This document shows positions 63,073 through 64,000 of a DNA stretch of 64,000 nucleotides, one piece after another. Origin of the DNA: Candidatus Thalassarchaeaceae archaeon (GTDB taxonomy: Archaea; Thermoplasmatota; Poseidoniia; Poseidoniales; Thalassarchaeaceae); contig JASLKP010000001.1 of NCBI GenBank assembly GCA_030747485.1, forward strand, positions 137,971 to 201,970. The letters run 5' to 3'. The position numbers and the translations under genes were made by a program. The notes beneath the pieces are model-generated. The model was not told the DNA's origin, made no database searches, and saw nothing but the letters and a program-made list of their open reading frames with translations. The stretch's first letter is position 1; each line of letters begins with the position of its first letter.

Positions 63073-63826
63073 TTGCCCACGGCATACCCGTATTGGCTAA
63101 ACCCATGCCTTCGCCTCGTGCGGTCAACCCAATCAAACCGACCTCAATTGAAGGTTCAAACATGGAAATACCGTGTTCTAATGATTCTTGTAGATTACCA
63201 TCAAAGATAGCTACACGATGACAGAGCATCTTCCGAGTAATCTCTTCACCGATTCCCGTTGCTGCAACCACCATGTATTCATCGGCCCAAAATCCCGGCC
63301 CCCACAATGGTGTATCGCCCACGCGACCGCGCGGGCGCCCGGTACAGCCGCCTGTAGACGATGCAACGGCCATCAAACCAGTAGAATCGATGGCAACAGC
63401 ACCAACTGTATCTGTGCTTGACGGACGTTCACTACCCTCAACAACTGCATTTGGGAATTTTTGTTTGTCTGCCCATTTTCTGGCACCATCTCCAACCAAA
63501 ATATTGACCTCTTCATCCAATAGGGCTGCAGCCACATAAACAGGGTTAGGTGTGTTCTCAATGCACATCACTGCGCCAAGACGCCCATCTGATGTGGCCA
63601 CACCAGCATCCAATTGAACTGAACCATCATCGCGCTTTCGCCCACCAGTACCCGCATTCAAGGCAGGATCATTTTCCATCAATTCAACACAGGCTAGAAC
63701 CGCTTCAAGTGCTGAGCCACCACCGATTAGAATCGCCCAACCGGCGTCGGCAGCAGTATCGACTCCGGGCTGATCTTCAGCACCATGTCCAGCACCACCA
63801 TGACAAACAATCATCGGCTGAATCAT
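63053..63826 (-). CDS. Isoaspartyl peptidase / L-asparaginase (Ntn-hydrolase, plant-type asparaginase family)
   Basis: Carries MIQPMIVCHGGAGHG and the autoprocessing/nucleophile context TDTVGAVAIDSTG. The start is set at the second ATG (63826), just after the upstream gene's TGA at 63828-63830. Confidence 0.85.
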   Translation of the reverse strand: MIQPMIVCHGGAGHGAEDQPGVDTAADAGWAILIGGGSALEAVLACVELMENDPALNAGTGGRKRDDGSVQLDAGVATSDGRLGAVMCIENTPNPVYVAAALLDEEVNILVGDGARKWADKQKFPNAVVEGSERPSSTDTVGAVAIDSTGLMAVASSTGGCTGRPRGRVGDTPLWGPGFWADEYMVVAATGIGEEITRKMLCHRVAIFDGNLQESLEHGISMFEPSIEVGLIGLTARGEGMGLANTGMPWAIRKATQ

Positions 63827-63827
63827 C

Positions 63828-64000
63828 TCATTCTTCCTCCACATTTGGAGTCAATTTCAATCCAATTTGTGCAATCGCTGCTATGACCATGATGATTCCA
63901 CATATTCTGAATACTGTGTGATATGTCCAAAAACCAGTTCCATCCACAGTTTCAGCCCACACAAATCCTGCGAATACTGGACCGATGACTCTAGACAGTG
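63828..64000 (-). CDS. C-terminal fragment of a membrane protein (possibly an MFS-type transporter); the ORF enters from the right edge
   Basis: My own translation of the minus strand reads ..LSRVIGPVFAGFVWAETVDGTGFWTYHTVFRICGIIMVIAAIAQIGLKLTPNVEEE*. The function is only guessed from its hydrophobic character. Confidence 0.35.
   Translation of the reverse strand, partial: LSRVIGPVFAGFVWAETVDGTGFWTYHTVFRICGIIMVIAAIAQIGLKLTPNVEEE

Overview
The window is a very compact chromosome segment, with spacers often under 15 nt and several 4-13 nt gene overlaps. I infer, but cannot prove without a database search, that it comes from a marine planktonic euryarchaeon of the Marine Group II/III type. Archaeal markers are a Nob1-type PIN/zinc-ribbon protein, UPF0147, a MoaD/SAMP-like protein ending in GG, an archaeal Pilin_N-type class III signal, a FlaK/PibD-like A24 peptidase and archaeal-looking tRNAs. 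These occur together with bacterial-type gyrB-gyrA and many huge acidic surface proteins. From left to right the window holds four blocks. (1) 1-13.7 kb is an alpha-glucan capture, uptake and catabolism locus. It holds a secreted GH57 enzyme, malQ, a transaldolase and an alpha-glucan phosphorylase. It also holds a secreted cupredoxin-CBM48-GH13 amylase and an unusual sugar ABC importer whose binding protein is fused to a permease. (2) 13.8-36.7 kb is a cell-surface block. It holds one ORF of about 4,580-4,630 aa whose C-terminus carries an in-frame archaeal pilin-like module, a 1,083-aa surface protein and a MacB/FtsX-type ABC pair with a 1,543-aa permease. (3) 36.8-54.9 kb is a mostly housekeeping stretch. 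It holds the SAMP/MoaD-like gene, tatA, nob1, tRNA-Glu, a glutaminyl cyclase operon, a PKD-rich metalloprotease, aroD, gyrBA and tRNA-Ser. (4) 54.9-62.7 kb holds a 1,107-aa surface protein divergent from an operon, with a convergent A24 prepilin peptidase downstream. The operon encodes a lamin-tail-domain protein with a prepilin-like N-terminus, one intact KaiC/RecA-like ATPase and two degenerate ones. Scattered through the window is a family of GC-rich hairpins with a conserved GTA triloop, seen in at least five copies plus one ATA-loop variant. They sit in terminator positions, in divergent promoter regions and even inside ORF ends. I recognised no rRNA, CRISPR array, transposase or integrase. 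The best candidates for something undescribed are the adhesin-pilin fusion together with the orphan A24 peptidase, and the LTD/KaiC-trio operon.
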